A stretch of DNA of 64,000 bases from an uncultured bacterium (GCA_963772145.1 CAVYVY010000024.1:130870-194869), one strand, 5' to 3'; counted from the first letter of the stretch, positions 39,998 through 50,554 are shown. The notes: generated by a model not told the origin, from the sequence alone. Program-made: numbers and translations.

Positions 39998-41489
39998 ATG
40001 AAACGACCCGGACTCTCGATGATCCTGACCGCCGTCACGCTGGCGGCGCTGTCGATCCTCTGGGCCCGCTGGAGCCGGCCGCCGGACGGGCTGACCACGA
40101 CCTCCCGCGAGGCCGCCAGGCTGTTCCAGACGGGCGACGCCGACGCGCGGGCGTTCCGCTGGCAGGCCGCCGAGCAGGCGCTCACCGCCGCCGTGCGGAT
40201 CGACCCCGGTTTCGCCATGGCCCGCGCCGCGCTGGCCGACGTGCAGCGTCGCCTCGGCCGCGCCGCGGCGGCCGACGCGGAAGCGACGCGCGCGGACAGC
40301 CTCGCCCGCCGGCTGCCGCCCGGACCCGAGCGCTGGACGGTCCAGCTGCGGCTGAGCCTGGCCGACAAGCGCTTCGCCGCCGGCCGCGACTCGCTGCTGG
40401 CCCTGCTCGACGCAGGCGCAGCCACACAGCCCGTTCGTGGCCAGGATGCGCGCGCTCGCGGCCGGCGGCCGGACGCGATCGCGTCGCCGAGGAGGCGGCG
40501 TGGCGGGAGGTCCTGCGCCTCGACCCGAACGACGCCGACGCCTGGAACCAGCTCGGCTACCTGGCGGCGCGCGGCGGACGCTACGAGGAAGCCCGCTCCC
40601 ATCTCCGGCGCTACGCGTTCCTCGCGCCCGACCTGGCGAACCCGCACGATTCGCTCGGCGAGATCCTCACCTGGACCGGCGATTATGCAGCGGCCGAGCA
40701 GGAGCTGCTGCAGGCGCTGCGGCTGCAGCCGGACTTCTTCCCCTCGCTGCTCAATCTGGCCGTGGTGTATCTCGAGGAGGGGCAGCTCACGCGGGGCATC
40801 GGCCTGCTCGAGAAGGTCCGCGCGCAGATCGCCGGCACCGACTGGGAGATGCGGGTCGACGGCCTGCTGCTGCAGACCTACTACGACCAGGGCCTCGTCG
40901 CCCCGCTGCGCCGGCAGCTCGACCGCTGGATCGCCCAGTACCCGGACGAGGCGGAGACCGGATTCTACCGCGCCCTCGCCGCGGCGCTGGACGGCCGCTT
41001 CGCGGCGGCGCAGGCCGCCTGCGACAGCTTCCTGGCGCGAGCCGGACGGGAGCCGGCCGGCGCGCCGGGACGGCCGCTACCAGGAACGCCTCACCATGCT
41101 GCGCCACAATTTCGCCGCGATCACGGCGCGCCTGCAGGGCGACGACGCCACGGCGGCGGCGCAGTATGCCGCGGCGCTCGCCGCCACCGCCGCCTGGCCG
41201 CCGCACGAGGTGTGGCCGCTGCACCTGCGCTACGGCGAAAGCGCTGCTCCGTCTCGGCCGCGGGGAGGAGGCGCTGGCGCAGGCCCGCCTCATCCTGGAC
41301 GTCAATCCGCGCCGCATCGGCGCGCTGGTGCTGGAGACGAAGGCGCTGCCGGCGCTCGGCCGCCGGGACGCGGCCCGCGCCGCGCTGGCCCGGCTGCGCG
41401 CCGCCCTCGCGCATGCCGACCGCGATCTGCCGGCCGTGGCCGTCACCGACAGCCTCGGCGCCCTGCTCGACGCGCGTCCCCCGTCCTGA
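39998..41489 (+). CDS. Membrane-anchored TPR-repeat protein, several frameshifts
   Basis: MKRPGLSMILTAVTLAALSILWA, then TPR text spread over three frames (QAAEQALTAAVRIDPGFAMARAALADV; the restored frame reads LRLDPNDADAWNQLGYLAARGGRYEEARSHL; LNLAVVYLEEGQLTRGIGLLEKV; EEALAQARLILDVNPRRIGALVLETKAL). Confidence 0.7.
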
Positions 41490-41500
41490 GTCGCGCCGGC

Positions 41501-42571
41501 TCAGACCTCCGCGAAGAAGAACGGCTTGAGGCACTGGATGATCTTCTCGTAGGTCTCCGGGTAGAGCGCCCAGGTCGTCGCCGCCACGGAGCTGAGCAGG
41601 CTGTTGCCGTCCTGCGGCGTGAAGCAGAAGCCGGTGATGTCGCGGCCGTCCTCCGACACGTGCAGCCCCTTGTAGGGGATCACGGTCTGGTTGAGGATCC
41701 GCCCGTAGAAACCGTGGTCGCGCCCGAAGGAGAAGATCGCGTTGGCGGACTTCTTGTGGGTCATGGCGATGCGGTCGTTGGCGCGGATGCGGGCCATCAG
41801 CTCCTCGTGGGTGACGGGACGGCGCACCTTGAGGTGGAACTGGATGACGTGCATCAACTGGGAGTTCAGCTTCATCGCCGAGGAGAACAGGTTCAGGTCC
41901 CAGCCGAGGGTCTTGAACAGGTGCCAGGCGTCGCGCGCGTGGTGCGTGCCGAACTTGGCGTCGCCGTGCGAACCGACCTCCGGGCTGGGACAGAACTTGT
42001 CGTCCTGGCTGATGTCGTTGGCGCGGCGGATGCAGACGAAGCGCCCCTCGACCAGATTGTCGGGCCCCTCGTCGCCGATGCCCAGGGTGGAGATCAGCAG
42101 CGACAGGTTGTGCGTGTTGCAGCTGACCACCTGCAGGTACTTGTCGCCGGCGCGGTCGAGCGCCTGATCGTTGACGCCGCGCGCGTACGGCTTGCCGAAG
42201 CCGAACTCGCTGCCCTGGGCGATGAACAGATCGGTGCCCGACTCGTACTGCCGGTACCACTTCTCCTTCATGTCGTTGCCGGACGGCGTGCAGTCGATGA
42301 CCACGCGGGCCGCCGCGAGCGCCTCCTCGGTCGTCAGCGCCACCGGCACGCCGATCTTCTCGAACTCCGCGATCTTGTCGGCGTCCGTGGCCAGCCGCGC
42401 GCCGCGGCGGGTCAGGTCGAGCATCTTGCTGCGGTCCGTCAGCAGCGGCGTGCGCTTGTGCACGACCACGTCGTCGATGCCGAGTTGATCCCTGAAGTGA
42501 CTCAGCAGGCCGACCAGCGGCTCACCGATGGTGCCCGTGCCCACGACCAGGACCGTCTTCGTGCCCAGCAT
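41501..42571 (-). CDS. Type II (archaeal-like) glyceraldehyde-3-phosphate dehydrogenase family protein
   Basis: GGAGGA RBS. MLGTKTVLVVGTGTIGEPLVG (Rossmann)...VVIDCTPSG...YLQVVSCNTHNLSLLISTLG (SCNT active-site motif)...FVCIRRANDISQ...GTHHARD. Intact, 356 aa. Confidence 0.6.
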   Translation of the reverse strand: MLGTKTVLVVGTGTIGEPLVGLLSHFRDQLGIDDVVVHKRTPLLTDRSKMLDLTRRGARLATDADKIAEFEKIGVPVALTTEEALAAARVVIDCTPSGNDMKEKWYRQYESGTDLFIAQGSEFGFGKPYARGVNDQALDRAGDKYLQVVSCNTHNLSLLISTLGIGDEGPDNLVEGRFVCIRRANDISQDDKFCPSPEVGSHGDAKFGTHHARDAWHLFKTLGWDLNLFSSAMKLNSQLMHVIQFHLKVRRPVTHEELMARIRANDRIAMTHKKSANAIFSFGRDHGFYGRILNQTVIPYKGLHVSEDGRDITGFCFTPQDGNSLLSSVAATTWALYPETYEKIIQCLKPFFFAEV

Positions 42572-42593
42572 AGTCTTCCTCCCCGGGCGATGA

Positions 42594-43175
42594 TCACGCC
42601 GGACGCCCGCTTCCGGCCCGGGCGTCAGGCCGACGCCCGCCAGGTAAGGCCGCCAGGCGGCCACTTCGCCCTCCGCCCAGCGCCGGCGATCGAGCCAGGC
42701 CAGGTTCCACTGGGGGGCGCGCGGTCTGGTCGTCAGGGTCAGGCCCGGCCTCGACCGGCGTGCGGTCCCCCTTGCGCACGTTGCAGGCCAGGCAGGCGGC
42801 CACGCAGTTCTCCCAGGCGTCCGCCGCGCCGGCGGGCAGCCGGGACCGGGGAATCACGTGATCGATCGTCAGCGGCCGGTCTTCAGCGCCGCAGTACTGG
42901 CAACTCCAGCCGTCGCGGGCGAGGATGTTGCGCTTGCTCAGCTTCACGCGGAAATGGCGCCACCCCTGGTGGGCCACCGCGATCAGGAGGCGGATCACCC
43001 GCGGCACCTGCAGCACCAGACGCTCCGAGCGCAAGGCCGCCCCCTCGTCCGCCTGCAGCACGACGGCCTTGCCGGTGCAGACGAGCGTCACCGCCCGCTT
43101 CAGATTGATCACGTTGACCGGTTGGTACCCGGCGTCCAGGACCAGCACCGGCCGGGACAGGGAAATCCCAGACAT
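42594..43175 (-). CDS. Small HNH endonuclease (McrA-like), C-terminal frameshift
   Basis: MSGISLSRPVLVLDAGYQPVNVINLKRAVTLVCTGKAVVL...NILARDGWSCQYCGAEDRPLTIDHVIPRSR...WENCVAACLACNVRKGDRTP. Confidence 0.8.
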   Translation of the reverse strand: MSGISLSRPVLVLDAGYQPVNVINLKRAVTLVCTGKAVVLQADEGAALRSERLVLQVPRVIRLLIAVAHQGWRHFRVKLSKRNILARDGWSCQYCGAEDRPLTIDHVIPRSRLPAGAADAWENCVAACLACNVRKGDRTPVEAGPDPDDQTARPPVEPGLARSPALGGGRSGRLAALPGGRRPDARAGSGRPA

Positions 43176-43257
43176 GGGCGCCAGCCTAGCACGGCCGGAC
43201 CCCTCCGGCCAGCGACAAGCCGGCGCGCCGGGCGCCCCCGTCCGCGACCGGCCCGTC

Positions 43258-44654
43258 TCACGATTCGTGGGCCATCCGCTCGCCGGGGTTGACGAAGAAA
43301 CGGTCCGTGGGATACGCGCGGAAATTGCTGACCCGGCTCGTGTAGATGCAGGCGAAGTTCTTGACCTGCGCGCCGAAACGACTGGCCGCGCGCCCCTCCT
43401 TGAACAGCGATCCCCAGTACGGGTTGAAGCCGGCCGAGATCCGCCGCTGCAGGGCACCCCGCCGCTGCAGCGCCTCGGCGACCTCCGCCTCGAACACCGC
43501 CGGCGCCGCCGCCGCCGGACCGCCGCCGTTGCGCAGCCGGTCCCGCTCCAGCTCCAGATCCTCGAGCCGGGCCTCGAGCTCCTCGAGGACGCTGGATCTC
43601 CCCGCGCAGGCGCCGCAGGGCGAGGACCTCCCGTCTCGAGTTCGGGCACGATCATGGCGGTGCGCCAGCCGACCGATTTCTTGCTGCGCAGGATGTCGCC
43701 GAAGGTGTGGTCGCCGAAGTAGAGGATCGCGTCGCCGAAGGCGCCGAGCTTCGACTCCAGGAAGAAAGCGTCGCCGCCCACGTGGCAGTTGCCGTGGCGG
43801 TTGGCCAGCCCCGGCACCTGGTCGCGCGGCACGCTCGCGCCCCTTCCCCTGCGGCACGAAGAAGTCCGGCTTGCGCGCCGAGCAGATCACGAGGTCGAAG
43901 ATCTCGTCGAGCGGGGCCCCCTCGTCCCGCAGCAGGTGCCCCATCACCGCCGCCGTGTACTCCACCTCGGAATTCGTGAGCAGGAAGAGCTGCTTGCCCG
44001 CCGCCTTGAAACGGCGCAGCGTCTCGCCGAGCCCGGGGTCGCGCACGAAGAAGCGGTCGAGGTCGGCCATGATCATCCGCTTGAGCGTGCCGTCGCGGTG
44101 GATCGTGTCGATCGCTTCGCGGATGTCGTTGAACAGGATCGCGGTAGCTCTGGCGCACCAGTTCGGGCCGTTCGTCCTTGAGCTTCACGAGGCCGATGTA
44201 GAGGCACCCCTCGGGCAGGTCGAACAGCGTGTCGAAGATGCGATAGCGGTCGGCGCCCAGCCGCAGGCGGCCGCGCTTGTAGACCTCGCGCCGCTCCTCG
44301 CGCGCCAGCGAGCGCGCCCCGTGCCGGACCCGCGACACGTAACCGTAGGCGTCGGTCTTGAGGATGTTGCCGAGCCGCTTGTCGACCAGCAGTCCGCGCT
44401 GCACCTGTTCCGGTTCGTAGACCGAGACCGCGGATCACCTCGGGATACCCCTTGCGGGTGACCAGCAGGTCGAGCGCGAGATCGAAGCAGAGGCGCTCGA
44501 ACGTCGCGGCGTTGTAGAGCGCGAGAGTGTGGTCCATGTCGAAGCCGATCGCGGTGATCGAGCTCATGCGCAGGTTGCGGTTGACGTAGATCCGCAACTC
44601 GGACGGCGGCACGGCCAGGTCCGGGGCGATCGCCCCGGAGGAGTCGTCCGGCAT
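43258..44654 (-). CDS. HAD-IG family 5'-nucleotidase, at least 5 frameshifts
   Basis: IYVNRNLRMSSITAIGFDMDHTLALYNAATFERLCF (ORF 44073-44654). LLVDKRLGNILKTDAYGYV (43652-44404). LFLLTNSEVEYTAAVMGHLL...ICSARKPDFF (43258-44076). ILYFGDHTFGDILRSKKSVGWRTAMIVPELE (42594-43832). Confidence 0.85.
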
Positions 44655-44668
44655 GCGGGGAACCCTCC

Positions 44669-46075
44669 CTAGAGGGCCGGTTGCGGTTGCGGGCGCGCGG
44701 CGGGCGCCCCGCCCGCGGCGCCGGCGCAGGCCGGGTGCTCGGGGAAGTGGACGGCGACCTGTCGCCGCCAGCTGGCGGCGTTGTCGTGGAATCCTAACTC
44801 ATCCAGGACCACACTGCCACGCAACCATGCGCGATGATTCCACTCGCTGGCGGTCACGGCGCGCAGGTAGAGCTGGAGAGCCCGCTTGCGATCGCCGGCG
44901 CACCGCGCGCATTCGGCCAGTCCGAGCCAGGCCGACGAGTAGCCGCCGTCGATCGTGAGGGCCTTTTCGAACAGCTCCGACGCCTCGTCCACCCGCCCCT
45001 CGAGCAGCGCCAGTTCCCCCTCGTAGCGCAGCGGATAGAGGTTCCAGCCGCGCGGATCGGCCGGCAGCGCGTCCGGCGGCAGGTCGCCCTCGCGCAGCCG
45101 TCCGATTTCGCGGCGCGTGTCGGCGGCCAGGCGGCGCGCCTGCTCCGGCGGCAGGTCCGCGCCCGATTCGGCGAGCAGACGCGTGGCGGCCGCGATCTCC
45201 ACCAGCGTCACGGACGGATGCGGCCCCCACTGCCCGTCGCCCCGCCGCCACCGCCGCCAGAGCACCGCCGGCATCACCGGCCGCGAGCCGGCAGGCCGCC
45301 AGGCGGGCGATCAGGTCGGCGCCGTAGGACAGACCGCCCCGCTCGGCGGGCGACAGGGCCAGCGCCTTCTGCCAGGCGCGCTCCAGCGCCGCCAGCGTGG
45401 CGGCGAGGCCGGCGACCGGCAGCACCTCGTCGTCGAGCGTGACCAGGCTTTCGCACGCCAGCTGGTAATCGAAGTACGGTTCGGCCGGATACTCCTGGAT
45501 GGCGCGGCGCAGGATGCGCTGGTTGCGCTCGCGACGGTCGGCCACCCCCGCCTGGGCGGACCCCGTGTGCACGACGACGACCGGGGCGTCGAGGATCGCC
45601 AGGCCGCGTTCGGCGGCCCAGCCGGCCAGGGCCGGCGCGATCTGCTCGTGGATCGGATACCGGAAGCGCACTTCGGGCTGATTGCGGAACAGTCGCACCG
45701 GACGAACGCGGCGACGGTGTCGGTCCGGGCGTCGACCCGCTCGACCCGGTACCCGGCGGCGGTCTCGTTGGCGAGCAGGCGCTGGAAATCGACCGGGCGC
45801 AGCGGCTCGAGCCGCTCGTCGGCGTCGAGGATCAGCACCCAGTCGCCGAACGCCTCGTCCAGGGCGGCGTTGCGGGCGGCGGCGAAATCGTCGCGCCACG
45901 CGAACTCGACAATGCGCGCCCCGTACCCCTCGGCGATGATCCGGGTGTTGTCCCGGGAGCCGGTATCGACGACGATCACCTCGTCGACCAGGGCCAGGGC
46001 CGACTTGATGGCCAGGCCGATCGCGCCCTCTTCGTCGCGGGCGATCAGGCAGAGGCTGACGGTTCTGCGTTTCAT
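44669..46075 (-). CDS. Family-2 glycosyltransferase with C-terminal TPR domain, frameshifted
   Basis: MKRRTVSLCLIARDEEGAIGLAIKSALALVDEVIVVDTGSRDNTRIIAEGYGARIVEFAWRDDFAAARNAALDEAFGDWVLILDADE. VRLFRNQPEVRFRYPIHEQI. TPR text DEASELFEKALTIDGGYSSAWLGLAEC. Confidence 0.8.
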
Positions 46076-46260
46076 GCGCTCCGCTTTGCAGACGCCACCG
46101 CGGCGGGAAAACAGCGATTCCGGTCCCGATGAGGTATCGTCCGGACACCGGCCCGGTTTAGCCCCGGCGACCCGGCTTGCCGCGGCGGCGCGGGGCGGGC
46201 ATCATGGCGTGGCGACGCCGCCGGCCGCGACGGCCGCGCCGAGCCGCCTGGAGGAGCCCG

Positions 46261-46839
46261 ATGACCGACCACGAACCGGCGCCGCCCCGCCGCCGGCTGG
46301 CCCCGCCCGAGGCCTCCGCACGCCGTCGCGCGCCGTTCTACGCCCTGCTCGACGACGTGCGCAGCGTCTGGAATGTCGGCTCGATGTTCCGCACCGCGGA
46401 CGCCGTCGGCCTCGGCGGGCTCTACCTGTGCGGCCTCACCGCCACGCCGCCGCGCGCCGACATGGAGAAGACCGCCCTGGGCGCCACCCTCACGGTGCCG
46501 TGGGACTACTGGCCACGGGCCGAGGCGGCGGTGGCGGCGCTGCGGACGCGCCGGATCACGATCGTGGCGCTGGAGCAGTCCGCCGGCGCACGGCCGTTCG
46601 ACGGGACCGCGTATCCCTTCCCGGTCTGCTTCGTCGTCGGGCACGAGGTGCGGGGGGTGACGCCCGCCGTGCTGGCGCTCGCGGATGACTGTGTGGAGAT
46701 CCCGATGGACGGCGGCAAGCAGTCGCTGAACGTCGCCGTCAGCTTCGGCGTCATGGCGTACGAACTGCGGCGCCAGTGGCTGGCGCTGCCGGCGGCCGCG
46801 CGCGACGCGGCCACCGCCGCGCGGGAGGAAGCGCCGTGA
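46261..46839 (+). CDS. SpoU/TrmH-family RNA 2'-O-methyltransferase
   Basis: GGAGGAG RBS. LLDDVRSVWNVGSMFRTADAVGLGGLYLCG...IVALEQSAGARP...CFVVGHEVRGV...EIPMDGGKQSLNVAVSFGVMAYEL. Intact. Confidence 0.8.
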   Translation: MTDHEPAPPRRRLAPPEASARRRAPFYALLDDVRSVWNVGSMFRTADAVGLGGLYLCGLTATPPRADMEKTALGATLTVPWDYWPRAEAAVAALRTRRITIVALEQSAGARPFDGTAYPFPVCFVVGHEVRGVTPAVLALADDCVEIPMDGGKQSLNVAVSFGVMAYELRRQWLALPAAARDAATAAREEAP

Positions 46840-47426
46840 CCTTCCGCAGCCCCTGGGCGTCGCCGTTCTACCGCGCCGGCGTGGCGGCGGGCCGCCGCCT
46901 GTGCCGCCTCGCCGGGCGCGACGAGGGGCCGCTGATCCGCCGTCTCGTGGCCGCCCAGAACGCGCGGGTGCGACAGCACATCGCACGGCATCCGGTGCGC
47001 TCGGTGCTGTTGATCCTGCCCCGCTGCATCCGCCAGCCCGGCTGCCCGGTCGACGTGCGGGGCGACCTGTCGGCCTGCGCCGACTGCCGCCGCTGTCCGC
47101 TCGGCGAGGTGGCCCGCCTCACCGCGCGCCGCGGCGTCCGGGCGCTCGTGGCCTTCCGCAGCCGGCACGCCTTCGCCATGGCGCGAGAGGAGAGGCCCGA
47201 CCTGATCGTGGCCTCCGCCTGCGCGGACCGGCTCGTGAAGGCGCTGCGCGCCGTGCCGGAGATCCCGGCGCTGCTGGCGCCGCTGACCGGCATGGCGCGA
47301 CCGTGCGTCGGCGCGGCGTTCGATCTGGTCTGGGTGACGGAACAGGTCCGCGTCGCGCTGGGCGCGGACGAAGATGAAGACGACGACGACCTCGCCGCGC
47401 GGCCCGGCGCCGCGTCCGCGGACTGA
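46836..47426 (+). CDS. DUF116-family Cys-rich protein, function unknown
   Basis: The GTG overlaps the SpoU TGA (GTGA). VLLILPRCIRQPGCPVDVRGDLSACADCRRCPLGEVARL...PDLIVASACADRLVKAL fits the DUF116 pattern as I recall it. Acidic tail DEDEDDDD. Confidence 0.6.
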   Translation: MTFRSPWASPFYRAGVAAGRRLCRLAGRDEGPLIRRLVAAQNARVRQHIARHPVRSVLLILPRCIRQPGCPVDVRGDLSACADCRRCPLGEVARLTARRGVRALVAFRSRHAFAMAREERPDLIVASACADRLVKALRAVPEIPALLAPLTGMARPCVGAAFDLVWVTEQVRVALGADEDEDDDDLAARPGAASAD

Positions 47427-47449
47427 GCGCCCCGCGCCCCGGGAGGCCC

Positions 47450-48380
47450 ATGCGCACCTGGCTGATCTTCCTGCGTCCGCGGCAGTGGCCGATCCTGACC
47501 TGCCAGCTGGCCGTGGGGGTGCTGGCGGCGCCGGCGGCGGTGGCGGGCCTGCGCGCCGGGCGGGCGCCGGACGCGGCCGTGCTGGTCGCGGCCTGGGCCG
47601 CCTGGGTGGTGGCGCTCAACGGCGGCACCCTCGCCTACAACAGCGCCTACGATCGCGACACCGACAGCGTGGCCTACCTGCGCCGGCCGCCGCCGCCCCC
47701 CTCCGGCCTGGCGCGCCGCGCCCTGCTGCTGATGACCGGCGGCGCGCTGCTGGGCGCGGTCGTGGCGCCCGGCTTCGCCGCCGTGACCGCCGTCTGCGTG
47801 CTGCTCTCCCTGCTCTACTCCCATCCGGCCGTGCGGCTGAAGGGGGTGGCGGGAGCCGATCTCGCGGTGAACATGCTCGGGTACGGCGCCGGCACGACGC
47901 TGGCCGGGTTTTTTGCCGGACAGGCGGCCTGGGGGGCCGCCGCCGCGCCCCCCGACGGCGCCACCTGGCGCCTGGCGGCCGGCTTCGGACTGCTGTTCGG
48001 CTCTTTCTACCCGCTGACGCAGATCTACCAGATCGCACCGGATCGCCGCCGCGGCGACCGCACCCTGGCGGTGAGGCTGGGGCCGCGGCGCGCCGCTGCT
48101 GCTGGCCCTGGCGCTCGGCGCGGCCGCGACGCCCGGCTTCCTGGGCGCGGCGTCCCGCTGGCCAGGCGCCGGCGCGACCGGCCGCCCGGTGCCCTGGCTC
48201 GCGTTCGGCATGGGGCTCTGGCTGTTCCACCTGGCAGCGTGGCTCGCGCGGGCGGATCGGCTCTCCGCGCGGCAGCAGGAGGCGGGGATGTACCGCGCCC
48301 TGGCGCTCTGGGCGCTCGTCGACGCGACAGTGCTGGCGCAGCGATTTCTCGTCGGCAGCGGCGCCGGCGCGGCGCGCTAG
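47450..48380 (+). CDS. UbiA-family prenyltransferase, frameshifted near 48080-48190
   Basis: LRPRQWPILTCQLAVGVL...ALNGGTLAYNSAYDRDTD (NxxxDxxxD)...LYSHPAVRLKGVAGADLAVNMLGYG...YQIAPDRRRGDRTLAV. The C-terminus is in ORF 48189-48380. Confidence 0.8.
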
Positions 48381-48383
48381 ACC

Positions 48384-49496
48384 CTAGATCGTGACCCGCC
48401 GGCGCCGGCTGATCTCGCCGTGGTAGCGGAGGCCGAGCGCGTCCAGTTCGTCCAGGATGCGTTCGATGAGACGGACCCGCGCGGCGAGCGGCAGGAACGC
48501 GCTCTTGAAGCCGTTCATCACCAGGTTGACGATCTGCTCCGCCGTCAGGTCGAAGTGCTCCACGGCGAGCGCCAGCTCGTTGGTGACGGTGGTGCCGGAG
48601 ACGAGCCGATTGTCGGTATTGAGCGTGATGCGCAGCCCCGCGTCCAGATAGCGGCGGATGGGATGGCTGCGCAGATCCGGCACGGCGCGGGTCTGCAGGT
48701 TGCTGGCCAGGCAGACCTCCACGGCGATGCGCCGGTCGTTGACCCACGCCATCAGGTCGGGATCCTCGATCAGGCGGGTGCCGTGGCCGATGCGGTGCGC
48801 GCCGCAGTAGTGGATCGCCTGGTGGATCGAGGCCGGTCCGAACGCCTCGCCGGCATGGATGGTGACGTTGATGTTGTGGTTGAGGATGAGATAGAACGCC
48901 TGGATGTGGTGCTTCGCCGGATAGTCCTTCTCGGCGCCGGCCAGGTCGAAGCCGACCACGCCGCGTCCCTTCCACCGCACCGCCAGCTCGGCGAGCCGGA
49001 ACGACGACTCCGGCGAGATGTGCCGGATGCCGCAGATGATCTGGCCGGTCATGATGCCGAAGCGCTGGCGCGCCCGGTCGAGCCCCTCCTGGACCGCGGC
49101 CACCACATCGTCGGGCTGCAGGCCGGCATCGACATGCAGCAACGGCGAGTAGCGCACCTCCATGTAGCGGACATTCTCGCGGTGCGCGTCCTCGGCCAGT
49201 TCGAAGGCGATCCGCGCGAGTTCGTCCCCCTGCTGCATCATGCGCAGCGTGATGTCGAAGACGCGCAGGTACTCCTCGAGGCTGCCGCAGTTCTGGTCCA
49301 CCTCGCAGACCCGGCGCACGTCCTCGTCGGTGGCGAAGTTGAACGGCAGGGCGTGGCGGGCGGCCAGTTCGCGCACCGTGGACAGGCGCAGGGAGCCGTC
49401 GAGATGGACGTGGAGGTCGGTCTTGGGCAGCGCCCGCAGGAAGGCGATCCCGGGTCGCCCGACGGAATCGGTCACGCGCACCTCCCGAGGGGACAA
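48384..49496 (-). CDS. add: Adenosine deaminase
   Basis: LPKTDLHVHLDGSLR...NVRYMEVRYSP...GFDLAGAE...VTIHAGEAFG...RIGHGTRL...LEVCLASNLQT...ITLNTDNRLVSGT. Intact, 370 aa. Confidence 0.9.
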   Translation of the reverse strand: MSPREVRVTDSVGRPGIAFLRALPKTDLHVHLDGSLRLSTVRELAARHALPFNFATDEDVRRVCEVDQNCGSLEEYLRVFDITLRMMQQGDELARIAFELAEDAHRENVRYMEVRYSPLLHVDAGLQPDDVVAAVQEGLDRARQRFGIMTGQIICGIRHISPESSFRLAELAVRWKGRGVVGFDLAGAEKDYPAKHHIQAFYLILNHNINVTIHAGEAFGPASIHQAIHYCGAHRIGHGTRLIEDPDLMAWVNDRRIAVEVCLASNLQTRAVPDLRSHPIRRYLDAGLRITLNTDNRLVSGTTVTNELALAVEHFDLTAEQIVNLVMNGFKSAFLPLAARVRLIERILDELDALGLRYHGEISRRRRVTI

Positions 49497-49694
49497 GAGA
49501 TTGCCGATGCGGTCGGTCTGGCCCGGCTGGAGTGCGACTCAGCTCCCGGCCGCGCCGCGCCCGGTGTCCGACCCGCGCCGCAGGTCGGCACACCCTGCAT
49601 CGACAAGACGAAGAAAACGGGGCAGACGGCGCTCGGCCCGTCACCCGTACCTGAGGATACAGGCTGGCGGCCGCCCCGGCAAGGGCGAGCGGTA

Positions 49695-49724
49695 TTGGAC
49701 AAGCCCGCGGCAGCGCGATATATT
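49695..49724 (+). promoter_or_regulatory. Candidate promoter of the OMP gene at 49766
   Basis: TTGGAC (49695-49700), 18 nt, then TATATT (49719-49724). Confidence 0.4.
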
Positions 49725-49765
49725 CAAGCGTCTCATCCTCACGACTGCCCGAAAGGAGCCTGTCC

Positions 49766-50554
49766 ATGCCGCGGGTCTGGAAGCTCTTTGCGGCGGCAGC
49801 CTTGCTGCCTGCCGTGCTGTTGACCATCGCCGTGCTGGCCGCCGACCGGGCCGTCGCACAGGAGCCGGCCGGCATTACCGGCGCCGCCGGAGACACGACC
49901 GTTGCCGCCAGCCCGGTTCCCGCCCCCGCGGAGCTGGCAACCACACGCACACGCCAAAAGCACCCCCATCTGCTGGCGGTTTCCGCACACGGCGGCTGGC
50001 GCGTGCCGGTACGCATCCTCAAGGAGAACAAGCGCAACATCAACGACATCATGTCGTCCACCACCGGCTTCGATGCCGGTCTGCGCTGCTATCTGCTCGA
50101 TGGCCTGGCCGTGGGCGCGCGGTACGCGCGCGGCGGGCTCGACCTGACGGACAACACTCTGGACCTGGCCGGCCTCAACCTCACCGGCGACGAATATCTG
50201 AAGCTCGACAGCTACACGGTCTGGTTTTCGGCGTACCTCGGCAACGCCCTGCTGCCGGATTCCCGGTTCAACCCCTATTTGACGCTGAGCGCCAGCCGGT
50301 ACGATTGGGCTTTCACCCAGGGGGGGCGTGACGGCGAAACGTACGTCATTCTCGAAACGCCGGTCATGGGCAAGGATGTCGGGCTGGCCGGCGGCATCGG
50401 CTGCGAGTACGCGCTCGGCAATCGGCTCTCGCTGGAGACCGAGTGGATCTGGAACTACGTCCTCACCGAACTGGACCGCACGGACGGCGTCTTCGGCGTC
50501 TGGACCAACACGCACTACTGGAATCTGGGCCTCGGGCTGGTGCTCGGGTTCTGA
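49766..50554 (+). CDS. Outer-membrane beta-barrel protein with signal peptide and C-terminal Phe
   Basis: Signal peptide LLPAVLLTIAVLAADRAVAQ. Beta-strand pattern FDAGLRCYLLDGLAVGARY, YTVWFSAYLG, LAGGIGCEYAL, YWNLGLGLVLGF-stop. Intact. Confidence 0.7.
   Translation: MPRVWKLFAAAALLPAVLLTIAVLAADRAVAQEPAGITGAAGDTTVAASPVPAPAELATTRTRQKHPHLLAVSAHGGWRVPVRILKENKRNINDIMSSTTGFDAGLRCYLLDGLAVGARYARGGLDLTDNTLDLAGLNLTGDEYLKLDSYTVWFSAYLGNALLPDSRFNPYLTLSASRYDWAFTQGGRDGETYVILETPVMGKDVGLAGGIGCEYALGNRLSLETEWIWNYVLTELDRTDGVFGVWTNTHYWNLGLGLVLGF

Noticed and set aside
39752-43108. A 1118-aa ORF, the longest on the plus strand here.
   Set aside because: It is a chimera. It begins as the true PP2C C-terminus, continues through parts of the TPR gene, then runs antisense through the GAPDH-like and HNH genes. 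The later translation is low-complexity.
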